Shown here in pieces: positions 11,334-21,529 of a DNA stretch of 64,000 nt. The notes under the pieces are model-generated. The model did not search any database. It was not told the DNA's origin and saw only the letters and a program-made list of their open reading frames with translations. Source of the stretch: Candidatus Bathyarchaeota archaeon (GTDB taxonomy: Archaea; Thermoproteota; Bathyarchaeia; Bathyarchaeales; Bathycorpusculaceae); NCBI GenBank assembly GCA_963782525.1, contig CAWAKC010000003.1, positions 1-64,000 of the forward strand. The letters run 5' to 3'. Both the position numbers and the translations under genes were made by a program. Position 1 is the stretch's first letter, and every line of letters begins with the position of its first letter.

Positions 11334-12080
11334 TTAACTATCTCCTGCTTGCTGTTCCCTTTTAGGTTGTTGCTCTTGAATTATTTTCTTTTTGGTCCTA
11401 AGTATGGCTTCTGTGACTTTAATGTGCTTTGGACAAACAACCGTGCATATGTAGTAGCTTTTGCAGCCCCATATACCGTGGGGTTTTTTGAGGATTTGCA
11501 AGCGTGGCGATACATCCGTGAACCTGGAATCGAAGATGTAGCGTTGCTCCCGCAGAATCGCACGCTGGACCCACAAATTCTTGGTCCTGCTCCGTCATGA
11601 CTGGGCAAGCGCCGTAACAGCAACCGCACAATATGCATTTTAGGGCGTCGTCGAATTGGCTGCGTTCTTGCGGGGTTTGGATTCTTTCCTTTTCCAGGTC
11701 TGCAATCGATGTACTTTGTGGACGTTTGTGGAGTTAATTGATTTGATCCGATCAAAAAATGGTGTCAAATCAACAATCAAATCCTTAACTACGCCAAAAT
11801 ATTTTAGGGGTTCAATCAGGATTTCTTTGGTGTAATCGTAGTCTTTGACGAGTTTTTGGCATGCCAGTGCGGATTGGTTGTTGATAGTTAAGCCGTCGGA
11901 ACCGCAGATCCCATGGGCGCATGACATTCGAAATGTTAGTGTGCTGTCTTGTTGCCACCTTACCTTATTTAGGCAGTCGAGGATGCGGTCGTTAGGCTCA
12001 GCTTCAACCGTGAAGGAATCGTAGTGAGGTTGTGTGTCAGTTTGGGGGTTGAAACGGTAGACTTTCAAAGTGACCTTTAT
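11334..12080 (-). CDS. sdhB: Succinate dehydrogenase/fumarate reductase Fe-S subunit, frameshifted
   Basis: SCAHGICGSD...LAC (2Fe-2S), C..CGCCYGACP and GCKSYYICTVVCP in successive frames; the start is uncertain (ATA after GGAGGT, or a downstream TTG). Confidence 0.82.
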
Positions 12081-12081
12081 G

Positions 12082-13818
12082 TTAGTACCTCCGTTTCTGC
12101 AGTTCAAACCTGCCAGCTGCAAGGGGCTTGTAGCTTTCTTTTAAGCCGGTAGGCGTCTCATTAACGAAGGTGTGCTTGAGCCATTCTTCATCGTTCCTCT
12201 CGGGATAATCACTGCGGAAATGTGCTCCCCGGCTTTCTGTACGCATAAGGGCTGAATAAACAATGATTTCAGCTACCCTGAGCATGTTGTTTAATTCTAA
12301 GGCTTCCTGTAACTCGTAATTGAAAACTCTAGATTTGTTAGTCAATCCCACGGTTAAGTATCGTTTTTTTAGCTGTCGAATCTGAGCTAAAGCTTGCAAA
12401 ATGGCTGGCCCGTTCCTGAACACGCTGCATTGCTGTGTCATCAACTGTTGCATGTTTTCACGTATGGCTGGGATGCCTTCGATACATTTGGATTCGAGTA
12501 AACCGTTAATTTTGTCTACAACGATGCTTTCAGCTTGCAGGGGTAGCGGCTGAAAGGTTCTGGCTTTAATCTCTTTTAGAATGCTCAAACCTGCTTTTCG
12601 ACCAAATACAACAAGATCGATTAGGGAGTTGCAGCCAAGGCGGTTTGCTCCATGAACGCTAACGCATGCGCATTCTCCTACAGCGTACAACCCTGGCAAA
12701 ATGGTTCCTGTCCTATCTGCTAAAACGTGCCCATCAACGTCGGTTGGGATTCCACCCATCATGTAGTGGCAGGTGGGTGCAATCGGAATCGGCATTTCAG
12801 CAGGGTCGATTCCCACGTAAGTTTTTACAAATGTAGTGATTTCTGGCAGTTTCTGGTTCAGGCGTTCTTTGCCAAGGTGGCGTAAATCCAAGTAAACGTA
12901 GTCCTTGCCGTCTACTCCTTTGCCCTCTCTGATTTCGTTGAGGATTGCCCTTGAAACGATGTCTCTTGGCGCCAAATCCTTGAGCGTCGGCGCATAACGC
13001 TCCATAAAACGTTCACCCAGACCATTGCGCAAAACGCCACCTTCAGCTCTTGCCGCTTCACTTAGGAGAATGCCAAGTCCATAGATGCCTGTTGGGTGAA
13101 ACTGGACAAACTCCATATCCTTCAACGGCAAGAGCGCATCAAGTGCTAATGCGAAGCCGTCGCCTGTAGACGCGAAACCGTTGCTGGTGGTTTTGTAGAT
13201 TTTTCCGCATCCGCCTGTGGCTAAAACAACTGCTTTGGCATGGAAAACCTGGGGGGTTGTGGTTGCTAGGTCGTATCCTGCGGTGCCGCAACAGTTGTTT
13301 AATGCAAAAAGCAGGTGTTGAATGAATACTTCGTTATGGAATACTACGCCTTTTTGGAGACAGCGGTCGTAGAGCGTATCCATGATTGCTCTTCCAGTAC
13401 GATCTGAAACGTAGCAGGCACGTTTGATTGGGGCTTCACCAAAGTTTTTGGTGTGTCCTCCAAATCGGCGCTGCTCAATCTTGCCCTCCGAATTTCGGCT
13501 GAATGGAACACCCATATGCTCAAGTGAATAGATTGCGTTTGGGGCTTCTTTAGATAAAACTTCAACGGCGCTCTGGTCTGCGAGGAAGTCGCTGCCTTTT
13601 ACAGTGTCATACATGTGCCATTCCCAATGGTCTTCCTCCTCGTTTCCAATGCTCGCTGCGATTCCGCCCTGCGCAGCAACCGAATGTGAACGTGTCACGT
13701 GTACTTTGCTGATGACGGCGATTTTGGCGTTTTCTGATGCGGTCAAAGCAGTGTATAATCCTGCGATTCCGCCGCCGATAACTACAACGTCGTATTCGTG
13801 AATCATAGTTTCGCCCAA
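12082..13818 (-). CDS. sdhA: Succinate dehydrogenase/fumarate reductase flavoprotein
   Basis: GGGIAG, RSHSVAAQGG (FAD-binding His), QFHPT, HYMMGG, HGANRLGCNSL, ESRGAH. Confidence 0.93.
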   Translation of the reverse strand: MGETMIHEYDVVVIGGGIAGLYTALTASENAKIAVISKVHVTRSHSVAAQGGIAASIGNEEEDHWEWHMYDTVKGSDFLADQSAVEVLSKEAPNAIYSLEHMGVPFSRNSEGKIEQRRFGGHTKNFGEAPIKRACYVSDRTGRAIMDTLYDRCLQKGVVFHNEVFIQHLLFALNNCCGTAGYDLATTTPQVFHAKAVVLATGGCGKIYKTTSNGFASTGDGFALALDALLPLKDMEFVQFHPTGIYGLGILLSEAARAEGGVLRNGLGERFMERYAPTLKDLAPRDIVSRAILNEIREGKGVDGKDYVYLDLRHLGKERLNQKLPEITTFVKTYVGIDPAEMPIPIAPTCHYMMGGIPTDVDGHVLADRTGTILPGLYAVGECACVSVHGANRLGCNSLIDLVVFGRKAGLSILKEIKARTFQPLPLQAESIVVDKINGLLESKCIEGIPAIRENMQQLMTQQCSVFRNGPAILQALAQIRQLKKRYLTVGLTNKSRVFNYELQEALELNNMLRVAEIIVYSALMRTESRGAHFRSDYPERNDEEWLKHTFVNETPTGLKESYKPLAAGRFELQKRRY

Positions 13819-13830
13819 AAATAAGTGGTT

Positions 13831-14637
13831 TTAAATTTCGAATTTTTCTATTATCCGCCTTTCTTTTTCGCCAGTAATTTCCGCAATGACGTGGAAGAAC
13901 TGTTCCAGCCCAGAATTAACGATTCTTGGTTTCAATAGTTCGTCAATTTGGAAGACGCCTGCGGAATTGGACATTTTAATTTTTATGTTGATGGGTTTTC
14001 CGCCGCCTTCAGCAACTTCTATGTCTACCTTTTCGATGGATAAAGCCGAAACGGCGTGGATGTCTACTTTTCCAGATTGGAAGGGAATTCGTGCTCTTCC
14101 AGCTTCCATATCCAACGCATCAGCGATACCAACGATGCCAGCTTCTTTGGTCAAAATTTTGCATGTTGGTTCGTTGCTTGGCGGTTCCTGATGAGTAACA
14201 ATAGCATGGAGAACTTCTGAGGTGATAATTGCCTTTTCCTCCTCGCTATAGGTAGGCATTAAGAATTTGTCAAAGAATTCCAAAGCTAAAAAAGCACTAT
14301 ATTTTTCGTGCTCTCTTCGCTGTACAATCATGCCTAGATCATGAAAAATGGAGCCTAAAACCACAACAACTTCAGCGTCCTCGTTTTGCATGCCATAGTT
14401 TTCGACTATGCTTGGAGTGATGAGATTTTTTTCGACCAGAATACGTAGGAGTTTTAGCGATAGGTTGGCAACGATTTTAACGTGGGTTGGTCCGTGGTCG
14501 GTATAGCCCATGCGTTCAATAGCCATGACGTTAGCACATCGCCAGTAAGTTTTGAGTTTTTTGTCGTCCTTCACTTTTTCCATTACAGCTTTGAGCTTAG
14601 GATTGCTCCGATAGGGTATGTTGAAGACGTATGACAC
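13831..14637 (-). CDS. HD-domain metal-dependent phosphohydrolase
   Basis: DHGPTH, FHDLG, ADALDM. Confidence 0.85.
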   Translation of the reverse strand: MSYVFNIPYRSNPKLKAVMEKVKDDKKLKTYWRCANVMAIERMGYTDHGPTHVKIVANLSLKLLRILVEKNLITPSIVENYGMQNEDAEVVVVLGSIFHDLGMIVQRREHEKYSAFLALEFFDKFLMPTYSEEEKAIITSEVLHAIVTHQEPPSNEPTCKILTKEAGIVGIADALDMEAGRARIPFQSGKVDIHAVSALSIEKVDIEVAEGGGKPINIKIKMSNSAGVFQIDELLKPRIVNSGLEQFFHVIAEITGEKERRIIEKFEI

Positions 14638-14871
14638 TTACGGATGCTCCATCAATAGGTATAATTAGAGTCAAGATTTAAACTTACATTCCTCGCAACC
14701 TCCAACTAAGCTGGCGTTGTGTTGATAGCTGTGACTTTTTTCCGCAGCATTTAATATTAAGCCGGTTTAAAGGTAGAAGATTGTTTTTTGCCTGTTGAAG
14801 CTACCTTGTTGGATGAACACGCTTAAAAGCAAGCTACACATATTTTTTTCAAGTCGAACGAGGTTTAGTGT

Positions 14872-15177
14872 TTGGGAAAGAAAAAAGTGTTAAGTGAAGG
14901 CGCAATCGGCGAGTTAGTCTATCCTGGACAAGGCGAAGTCTTAGGCGTCGTAACAAAACTGCTTGGTTTCGACCGCATACAAGTCAAATGCCAGGATGGC
15001 CACGAACGTTTATGCCGAATTCGAGGCAAAATGAAGCGCCGAGTCTGGATACGCGAAGGCGACATCGTCATTGTTTCACCCTGGGATTTCCAAACCGAAA
15101 CCCGCGGCGACGTAACCTGGCGTTACACCCACTCGCAGGCGGATACGCTCAGACGCAAAGGTATCTTAACCCTTTAA
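14872..15177 (+). CDS. eif1a: Translation initiation factor aIF-1A
   Basis: RLCRIRGKMKRRVWIREGDIVIVSPWDFQ. Confidence 0.96.
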   Translation: MGKKKVLSEGAIGELVYPGQGEVLGVVTKLLGFDRIQVKCQDGHERLCRIRGKMKRRVWIREGDIVIVSPWDFQTETRGDVTWRYTHSQADTLRRKGILTL

Positions 15178-15406
15178 TATTCAATTTTTTGCAATTACTG
15201 CTGATTCTTAACATTCCGATGACTTGAAAATCATCTATTCGAGTCAAAAATTATCCGTTTGAACAAATTGTCAAGGCTCTCGGATAAATAGAGACAGAAC
15301 AAAAAGAGAAAATGAAGTCATAGCGGAAACATCGATTTTCAAATAATGCTTAAATTTAGTATAAGCTGTTCGACTGGTTTTAATAACCCGAAAGCTGTTA
15401 ACATGC

Positions 15407-16201
15407 TTGAAGTTTATGTCTGGAAAAGCTCAAGAACGAATCGCACATACTGAACGTAGAATAGAACGCCGAGATAAAATGCTAAACCACGACAGATCTA
15501 AAGAACGCGCAACTGTTGAGGAAGTCTTTGACCAAACCACCCGCATGGTAGTCTTTGACATGCTCAACAGCGGCATTTTGTATGAGTTAAACGGTGCTGT
15601 GAGTTCGGGCAAAGAAGCGAAAGTGTACTGGGGTACAAACAAGGAAGGCGTCGATTTAGCAGTAAAGATTTACTTGACATCTTCTGCTGAGTTCAAGAAG
15701 GGTATGCACAAGTACATCGAAGGTGATCCTCGTTTCAAAGATGTTAAGCATGATACCCGCTCGTTGATGGCAGTTTGGGCTCAGAAGGAGTTTCGCAATT
15801 TAGGAGAAGCGTTCGCGGCAAAAGTACGTGTACCAAAACCAATTGCCGTCAAAAGTAACGTTGTAGTTATGGAGTTTATTGGCGAAAAAGGTGTTAGTGC
15901 ACCGTCTTTGAAGGAGCAGCCGCCGGCTAACCCAGAACGAGTCTACAAAACAATCGTAACTTACCTCAAACGGCTCTACCAAAAAGCCAAAATCGTCCAC
16001 GGCGACCTAAGCGAATACAACATCATGATGTGGAAGAGCCGACCCGTGGTTTTTGATGTTTCGCAGTCGGTTTCGATTCAGCATCCCTTAGCGGACTTTA
16101 TGATCAAACGTGATATTGCGAACGTGAATAGGTTCTTTAATCGGTTAGATGTTAAGATTATTCCAGACGAAGAATTGTATAAGAAGGTTGTTGATAAATA
16201 A
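15407..16201 (+). CDS. rio1: RIO1 Ser/Thr kinase
   Basis: SSGKEAKVY, AVKIY, VHGDLSEYNI, FDVSQ; conserved aIF1A-RIO1-KH gene order. Confidence 0.93.
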   Translation: MKFMSGKAQERIAHTERRIERRDKMLNHDRSKERATVEEVFDQTTRMVVFDMLNSGILYELNGAVSSGKEAKVYWGTNKEGVDLAVKIYLTSSAEFKKGMHKYIEGDPRFKDVKHDTRSLMAVWAQKEFRNLGEAFAAKVRVPKPIAVKSNVVVMEFIGEKGVSAPSLKEQPPANPERVYKTIVTYLKRLYQKAKIVHGDLSEYNIMMWKSRPVVFDVSQSVSIQHPLADFMIKRDIANVNRFFNRLDVKIIPDEELYKKVVDK

Positions 16202-16773
16202 TGCCTGGTCCAGATACTTTTGTAAAGATACCTAAAGAGCGCGTCGGCATACTAATCGGTCTCGAAGGCAAGGTAAAGCAGGAAATCGAAACCAAACTAA
16301 ACGTTAAACTCGATATCGACAAAGAAGGAAGCGTCACGATAACCCTTCCCGAAAACATTCCTGACCCATCAGTTTTCCTGCGCGCCAAAGATTTGGTAAC
16401 AGCCATCGGTAGAGGTTTCACACCGGAAACTGCGTTCCGTCTTATCCGCAACGAAGACGACATATTCGACATGATAGACTTACGCTTAATTTTTGGGCGC
16501 TCAGAATCCGACATTAAACGCGTAAAGGGCAGAATCATTGGATCAGATGGAAAAACCAGAAAACTAATCGAAGAATTAACCGAAGCGGACGTAGTTGTTT
16601 ATGGTCACACCGTTGGAATTATCGGCAGTTTTGAAGAAGCTGACGCTGCACGGAACGCAGTCCAGATGATTGTTGAAGGCTGTCAACACCATACAGTGTA
16701 TAGTTACCTGCAGAAGAAACGCACAGAACTGAAGAAACAGAAGCTTGAGTTATGGGAAAAGCCGCCAGAATAA
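16201..16773 (+). CDS. KH-domain rRNA processing protein (Dim2/Pno1-like)
   Basis: IPKERVGILIG, AIGRGF, KGRIIGSDGKTR, HHTVY. Confidence 0.9.
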   Translation: MPGPDTFVKIPKERVGILIGLEGKVKQEIETKLNVKLDIDKEGSVTITLPENIPDPSVFLRAKDLVTAIGRGFTPETAFRLIRNEDDIFDMIDLRLIFGRSESDIKRVKGRIIGSDGKTRKLIEELTEADVVVYGHTVGIIGSFEEADAARNAVQMIVEGCQHHTVYSYLQKKRTELKKQKLELWEKPPE

Positions 16774-16940
16774 AAACCAAGTTTCCTTCATTTTATCTGA
16801 CTGAATGTTTTCGGTTTAAACTCTAGTAAGTAAAATTGAATAGCTGTAATTAGCTCACCTATAGATCCCGCTTGTAACGGTTGTTTGGTTGGTAGCTGTT
16901 AACGTTATGAGTATGATTAATGATGTTACGCAAGGGTTTA

Positions 16941-17274
16941 CTATGCCCAGCGAAATGGCCATTCTGAACGCTGGAAAAGCTCTGTTGAGAAGACGCAGTA
17001 ATTTTTAACCTGTGGTGGACCCATCAATTGAATCTTGGACTCTTTTGAGAGCTTGAGAAAACACTTCTTTTTCGGACCTGTCTAATGCTTCTTTGTCTAA
17101 CCATAGAGTAAGGATTGTGACAGCGTTGGGTTCATCATCTGAAAGCAGAGAGATTGCTCCACGGAACCCGTCGGTTTGATGTGCCAAAGTGTTTAGTACA
17201 ATATCAAGCTCGGAGAAGCCTTTTTCACCTTTTCCTTCTTTAAAATGCCAAATAGACATTCTTGCTAAAACCAA
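16941..17274 (-). CDS. ABM-like dimeric alpha+beta barrel protein; C-terminus frameshifted
   Basis: GFRGAISL...TLWLDKEAL; the alternative frame continues PQVKNYCVFSTELF to a stop at 16941. Confidence 0.55.
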
Positions 17275-17411
17275 AAAAACACCTTAATAAATAATTGAGA
17301 TTTCTTGCTTATAAGCTTAAAATTAATGGGTATTTGGAAACGATATGGCCCAAACCTGACCAAGCTGGTAACAAACCCCTTCCCCTTTATTTAAAGGGTA
17401 GAATCGAAAGG

Positions 17412-18806
17412 TTATCCTGCTGTGCCGTAGACGCTTACGGTCACGGTAGCATCTGTGGAGCTTACACTTGTTTTTGCATCAATCAGAATATCCCAAACTA
17501 TGCTCTGGGATGGGAACAGCTGCATCATGTCATCATCGGATAACCAGACTGCTCCGCTGCTCGTGAACGTCTTGACGACGGGGTTTGAGATTACGTTGTC
17601 GATGTATTCTATGCGGACTCTGACTGTTACGGTTTGGTTGTTGAGGAAACTGCCGTCCACCGCAATATTGGGTTTGAAGGAGGAAATCGTTAAGGGGCGA
17701 ACCTGAATAGTTCGATTTTCGCTATACTGGTCGTTGGTGCCCACTGGAATGTTTATGTTTTCTTGCTTGAACAGTGATTCGCCCCCGGATAACCATACAC
17801 CTTGGGAATCATGGATTTTTGCTGTCCAATTGCCCAGGAAACTGACGCCGCTATCAAGGATAGGTGCTGGGTCACAGTTGTTGCCTATGTCTATTCCGAA
17901 CAAATAAATTGGGTCAGGCGTAAAGGACTCAAATACTACCCCAAACAATAATGTTTGATACATGGATCCATCAACATAAAGCCCTGTTTGGTTAGCTCTT
18001 CCGTTTTCACCAATCCAAAACCTGACATCTTGAATTTGACTATCTGATAGCTCAGCTAATTTTTCGACTTTAATTCCGACAGAAAAATCCTTCAGGTTAA
18101 AGGAGCAGCGTTCAATTATCGAGCTAGCATACGAGCCTGTGGCATTGATTGCGGAAGCTTGCGATGTCGTATTTTCTGCGACATTAAAGACGGGGGTTCG
18201 GAAAACTATGCCTTCGGTGGCGTTTATGAATTGGCAGTCTTCCACCTTGTTGTATTCGCTCCAAGTATTAGTATTGGCAAACTCGATGCCCTTTGAAGTG
18301 TTTTCAAAAATCATGTTTTGAATTGTTGTACCAAAGGAGTTCTCCACCCTTAGAGTGGCATTGATTATGGTTAACCCTGAAATCTGAGCGTTCTGAGAAG
18401 TCGTATAGTTGTCGCCGTAAACGATTATTTTATGGCCATTACCGATTATTGTTGCATCGTTGCCGCCTATGATTTTGGCGTTCACCTTGTTAGATATGAC
18501 TATGTTGTCGGTTAAGACGTAGGTTCCCGGGTTTAGGTAAACAGATTTTCCCGAAGCTAATGCAGAATTAATCGCTGAAGACGCACTTTCCGATTGTTCA
18601 GCCACATAGCCGGTTAACATGTTCTTTAACTTGTAATTGTTGCCATCACGTGATAGCACATACTCATAGTTCACAGCGTTTGTGCTCATAGAAGATTGTG
18701 TTCCTACAAAAATCATGTAAGTGTTGAATGCCGACAAAACAAGCAACGCTGCAAGAATTATGACTATGATGCGTTTAGAAGCGAGTTTCTTTAGGGAATC
18801 TTTCAT
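17412..18806 (-). CDS. Membrane-anchored right-handed beta-helix (pectate-lyase-like) protein
   Basis: N-terminal TM, AINSAL...VYLNPGTY cap, Asn/Ile-rich beta-helix repeats. Confidence 0.6.
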   Translation of the reverse strand: MKDSLKKLASKRIIVIILAALLVLSAFNTYMIFVGTQSSMSTNAVNYEYVLSRDGNNYKLKNMLTGYVAEQSESASSAINSALASGKSVYLNPGTYVLTDNIVISNKVNAKIIGGNDATIIGNGHKIIVYGDNYTTSQNAQISGLTIINATLRVENSFGTTIQNMIFENTSKGIEFANTNTWSEYNKVEDCQFINATEGIVFRTPVFNVAENTTSQASAINATGSYASSIIERCSFNLKDFSVGIKVEKLAELSDSQIQDVRFWIGENGRANQTGLYVDGSMYQTLLFGVVFESFTPDPIYLFGIDIGNNCDPAPILDSGVSFLGNWTAKIHDSQGVWLSGGESLFKQENINIPVGTNDQYSENRTIQVRPLTISSFKPNIAVDGSFLNNQTVTVRVRIEYIDNVISNPVVKTFTSSGAVWLSDDDMMQLFPSQSIVWDILIDAKTSVSSTDATVTVSVYGTAG

Positions 18807-18872
18807 CTTGAAGGCCCAAGGTTTTAAGTTACCATGTACAAGCCATCGTTAATTAAATTTATTGATAAACTG

Positions 18873-19988
18873 GGCATTGGGACAAAACTATTTTTGGTTG
18901 ACTCTTATAGCATAGAGATCGTGAAGGAACGCGTTTGAGAAAAGCGCGGTCTCCTGCCGATCTGATCTTCTCTGCCGGATAATTCTGCCAAACCTGCCCT
19001 TATCTGAAGAAAAGCCGCTCTCACATAAGTTTCGACGAAAATACTCTGAAAGGAAATCAACTGGCGAAGCCATCATTCGACCTAAAATGTCTGCCCAAGC
19101 ACCAATTCTGGCGATGTTCTTTTTAGGGATTAAAAACAAAGAAACGGTCTTACTAAACAGTTTGATGACTGTTCTTGTACTAAAATACTTGTCAAGCCGA
19201 ACCGACCTCACTACTGCGCCTACCCGCTTGAGCATAGCAATTGCCTTGGAAAAAGCATCCCACTCAGACTGCCCAGATGTGCCACAGCCAACGTACATTC
19301 CAGTGGCAAGGTCAATTAGCGAAAAGAAATGAACAAACTTTTTCCCATACTTTTTGGGGTCGCTGCGGTAATGGCTCTCTACGCTAACAGAGTAGCCTGT
19401 TCCGTCTCCAGCTAAATCGCCACTTGAGCCCTCTTCTTTGAGCAACAAAACAAACACGTTATGAAGCGCAAGCTTCACTTCTGGGTCGCTGTAGAGGCGC
19501 TCTATGTACTTATAGCTCACGTCGACCCCGAAAAGGGGCTGAAAACACTGTAGAGTCTCCTCCACGCCTCGATTGGATTTGGCCAAAAACCGTGCTAGTA
19601 TGAACAGATTTACTTTCTTTTCTAAGTCCAGTTTTGGGGGTCTGCCCATTTTCTGCTCTTCTATGTTTATGGTTTCTACGGCGTGGTGGATGTATTGTGG
19701 GAGGCGGTGAAGCCTTTGCTTGACTTGGGCTCGTTTGTGTTCCCATTCTGTGTAGGGGTAGGTGCATTTTCGGTCTTTGAAGATGTTTTCTCTGGTTTCG
19801 TCAAGAACCTGAAGCAGTTCCTTGGCGCTTTTAACCATCAGCTTCATAGAGAAAGTTTTGGCTTAAGCTAGTTATAAGGATATCATAGTCCTTCTTCGTG
19901 CGATTCTAGATTCCAAAAAAGACATATTTTGGCTAATCTGTGGTTAGCTTAATAATCAAACAAAACGCAGGACTTTTGTCCCAAAGCC
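18873..19988 (-). mobile_element. Complete IS element, 1116 bp (archaeal ISNCY-like DDE)
   Basis: Terminal IRs GGCATTGGGACAAAA / TTTTGTCCCAAAGCC (14/15 match); 9-bp target duplication GATAAACTG at 18864-18872 and 19989-19997. Confidence 0.9.
18888..19847 (-). CDS. DDE transposase
   Basis: GDGTGY, RLDKYFS and RNLCESGFS give the D-D-E triad; lies inside the IRs. Confidence 0.88.
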   Translation of the reverse strand: MKLMVKSAKELLQVLDETRENIFKDRKCTYPYTEWEHKRAQVKQRLHRLPQYIHHAVETINIEEQKMGRPPKLDLEKKVNLFILARFLAKSNRGVEETLQCFQPLFGVDVSYKYIERLYSDPEVKLALHNVFVLLLKEEGSSGDLAGDGTGYSVSVESHYRSDPKKYGKKFVHFFSLIDLATGMYVGCGTSGQSEWDAFSKAIAMLKRVGAVVRSVRLDKYFSTRTVIKLFSKTVSLFLIPKKNIARIGAWADILGRMMASPVDFLSEYFRRNLCESGFSSDKGRFGRIIRQRRSDRQETALFSNAFLHDLYAIRVNQK

Positions 19989-20250
19989 GATAAACTGCTT
20001 GCAATGCAAATTGCTATACCGTGAGATATCTTTTCCGTAATAACGTGACAGTAAACGCCTTAGAAGTTGCCTTGATTGCAATAGCCATTATCGCCGTTGC
20101 GGTGGCAGCATTCTTTGTCGTAAAACGTTACCAAGAGTCAAACAGGAAAATAGCCCACTTTTTGGTAGTCCCGCCTGCTCTTGTAGGTGTTGCTCTTCAG
20201 TCACATAGGTTTAAAGGAAAGAGAAATTTCATAATTAATGGTGAAAATTT

Positions 20251-20616
20251 AAGTTTTTAGTCATCGGTAGAGCTATTGAATATGGTGGTCCAGTTGACCC
20301 AGCGCAATTTGTAATGTTTTCTGAAAATGTGATTTTACCCAGCATCGAAATGCTGAAGGACTGGGAAGAAAAAAAGATGATTGTTGGAGGATTGTTTGCG
20401 GGACAAAGAGCCGGAGTAATGGTTGTTGAGGCTGCTTCGGGTGAGGAATTGAGCGCTTGGATGCAGCGTTTGCCGTTTTGGGCTCAGAATACTTGGGAAG
20501 TGATTCCGCTTCAATCATTCACGTCTGGAGTCGAAGACGTAAAGCGCAACATTGTAAACGTAAAGAAAATGGTTGAAATGGCGCCCAAACCAAAGTATGA
20601 GTCTGCGCCAATTTAG
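20251..20616 (+). CDS. Muconolactone delta-isomerase-like small protein
   Basis: EAASGEELSAWMQRLPFW...WEVIPL; the open frame extends 5' to KFLVIG at 20251, where no start codon is present. Confidence 0.55.
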   Translation, partial: KFLVIGRAIEYGGPVDPAQFVMFSENVILPSIEMLKDWEEKKMIVGGLFAGQRAGVMVVEAASGEELSAWMQRLPFWAQNTWEVIPLQSFTSGVEDVKRNIVNVKKMVEMAPKPKYESAPI

Positions 20617-20626
20617 CTACTTCAAA

Positions 20627-20968
20627 CTATAGCTTGACAATTTGGGCGTGAGGAATGCCTTCTATTTTTATTACTGCTTCAGGATGAACGTACCCCTGGG
20701 CGATTGCTTCTTCAACGCAGCATTTGCCCACAAGGTTCACAATCGTTGAATTACTAATCAAACCGACCGCTTCGTCAACGGTTGTTTTTCGTCCATTGTA
20801 GAAATCATCTTTTATTTTAAAGACTATTTTGCCTTCCCGAAGCGTTTTACCCAGCAAATCGCAGTCGCAAACGGCTAAGAGAACGTTTTGCCCCATCTTT
20901 TTTATGTTAAGGTAAACTTCCAAGTTTAGCTCTCTCAGAGTTGCTTTATGGAGGATTTTGCTCCGCAT
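20627..20968 (-). CDS. DUF424 family protein
   Basis: LLAVCDCDLLGKT, FYNG, NLVG, GIPHAQ; adjacent to aIF-2beta. Confidence 0.85.
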   Translation of the reverse strand: MRSKILHKATLRELNLEVYLNIKKMGQNVLLAVCDCDLLGKTLREGKIVFKIKDDFYNGRKTTVDEAVGLISNSTIVNLVGKCCVEEAIAQGYVHPEAVIKIEGIPHAQIVKL

Positions 20969-21345
20969 GCGTTGCAGACCAGAAAAGCCAAGCGTTTTTC
21001 CTTAACAATTCTTGTATCTGGACGTTTACATACTGGGCAGGTAACATATCCTTCTAAGTACCTTTGCAGTAGTCGGTCGAAGCTGTCTCGCTGGAATTTG
21101 CCCTGGAAGATGGCGCGTGTATCCGCAAAGGTGGCTGCTGTTGCCATTTCCCTTGTTAAGAATTTTAGGATGTGTTGGGGGTCACGGTCTAAGGCGTCGG
21201 CTACTTCTTTAAAGTTAGAAATTATCGTGCGCATACCTACAGTGTTTATGTATAGTCTGGGAAGCTCTAAGCGTTCCACTTTTTCGGATACTTGAGGCAT
21301 TTGAGCGCAAGCGCGTTTCAGCAGGTCATCGTAGTTGAACGTCAT
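20935..21345 (-). CDS. eif2b: Translation initiation factor aIF-2 beta
   Basis: YDDLLKRA, TIISNF, C-terminal CPVC...CNACG Zn ribbon. Confidence 0.95.
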   Translation of the reverse strand: MTFNYDDLLKRACAQMPQVSEKVERLELPRLYINTVGMRTIISNFKEVADALDRDPQHILKFLTREMATAATFADTRAIFQGKFQRDSFDRLLQRYLEGYVTCPVCKRPDTRIVKEKRLAFLVCNACGAKSSIKQL

Positions 21346-21529
21346 GATTCCATCTCACCCAAACATGGTGACAGCCCATATTTAAAATTATAACGTTCAA
21401 AACACGGTTCCAACGGACTTGCGTAGCCTTTTTAACATAAATCAATATATAATGTAAAGTAAATCAATATAAATTCCGAGAGCACAGCTAAGGTAACAAC
21501 TCTCAACTATACAACCCAGAGGCTAACGT

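Noticed and set aside
20021-20260. Protein-coding gene
   Set aside because: Only a TM-plus-basic segment looks real, possibly the tail of a lost surface protein beside the IS; the remainder runs through the next promoter.
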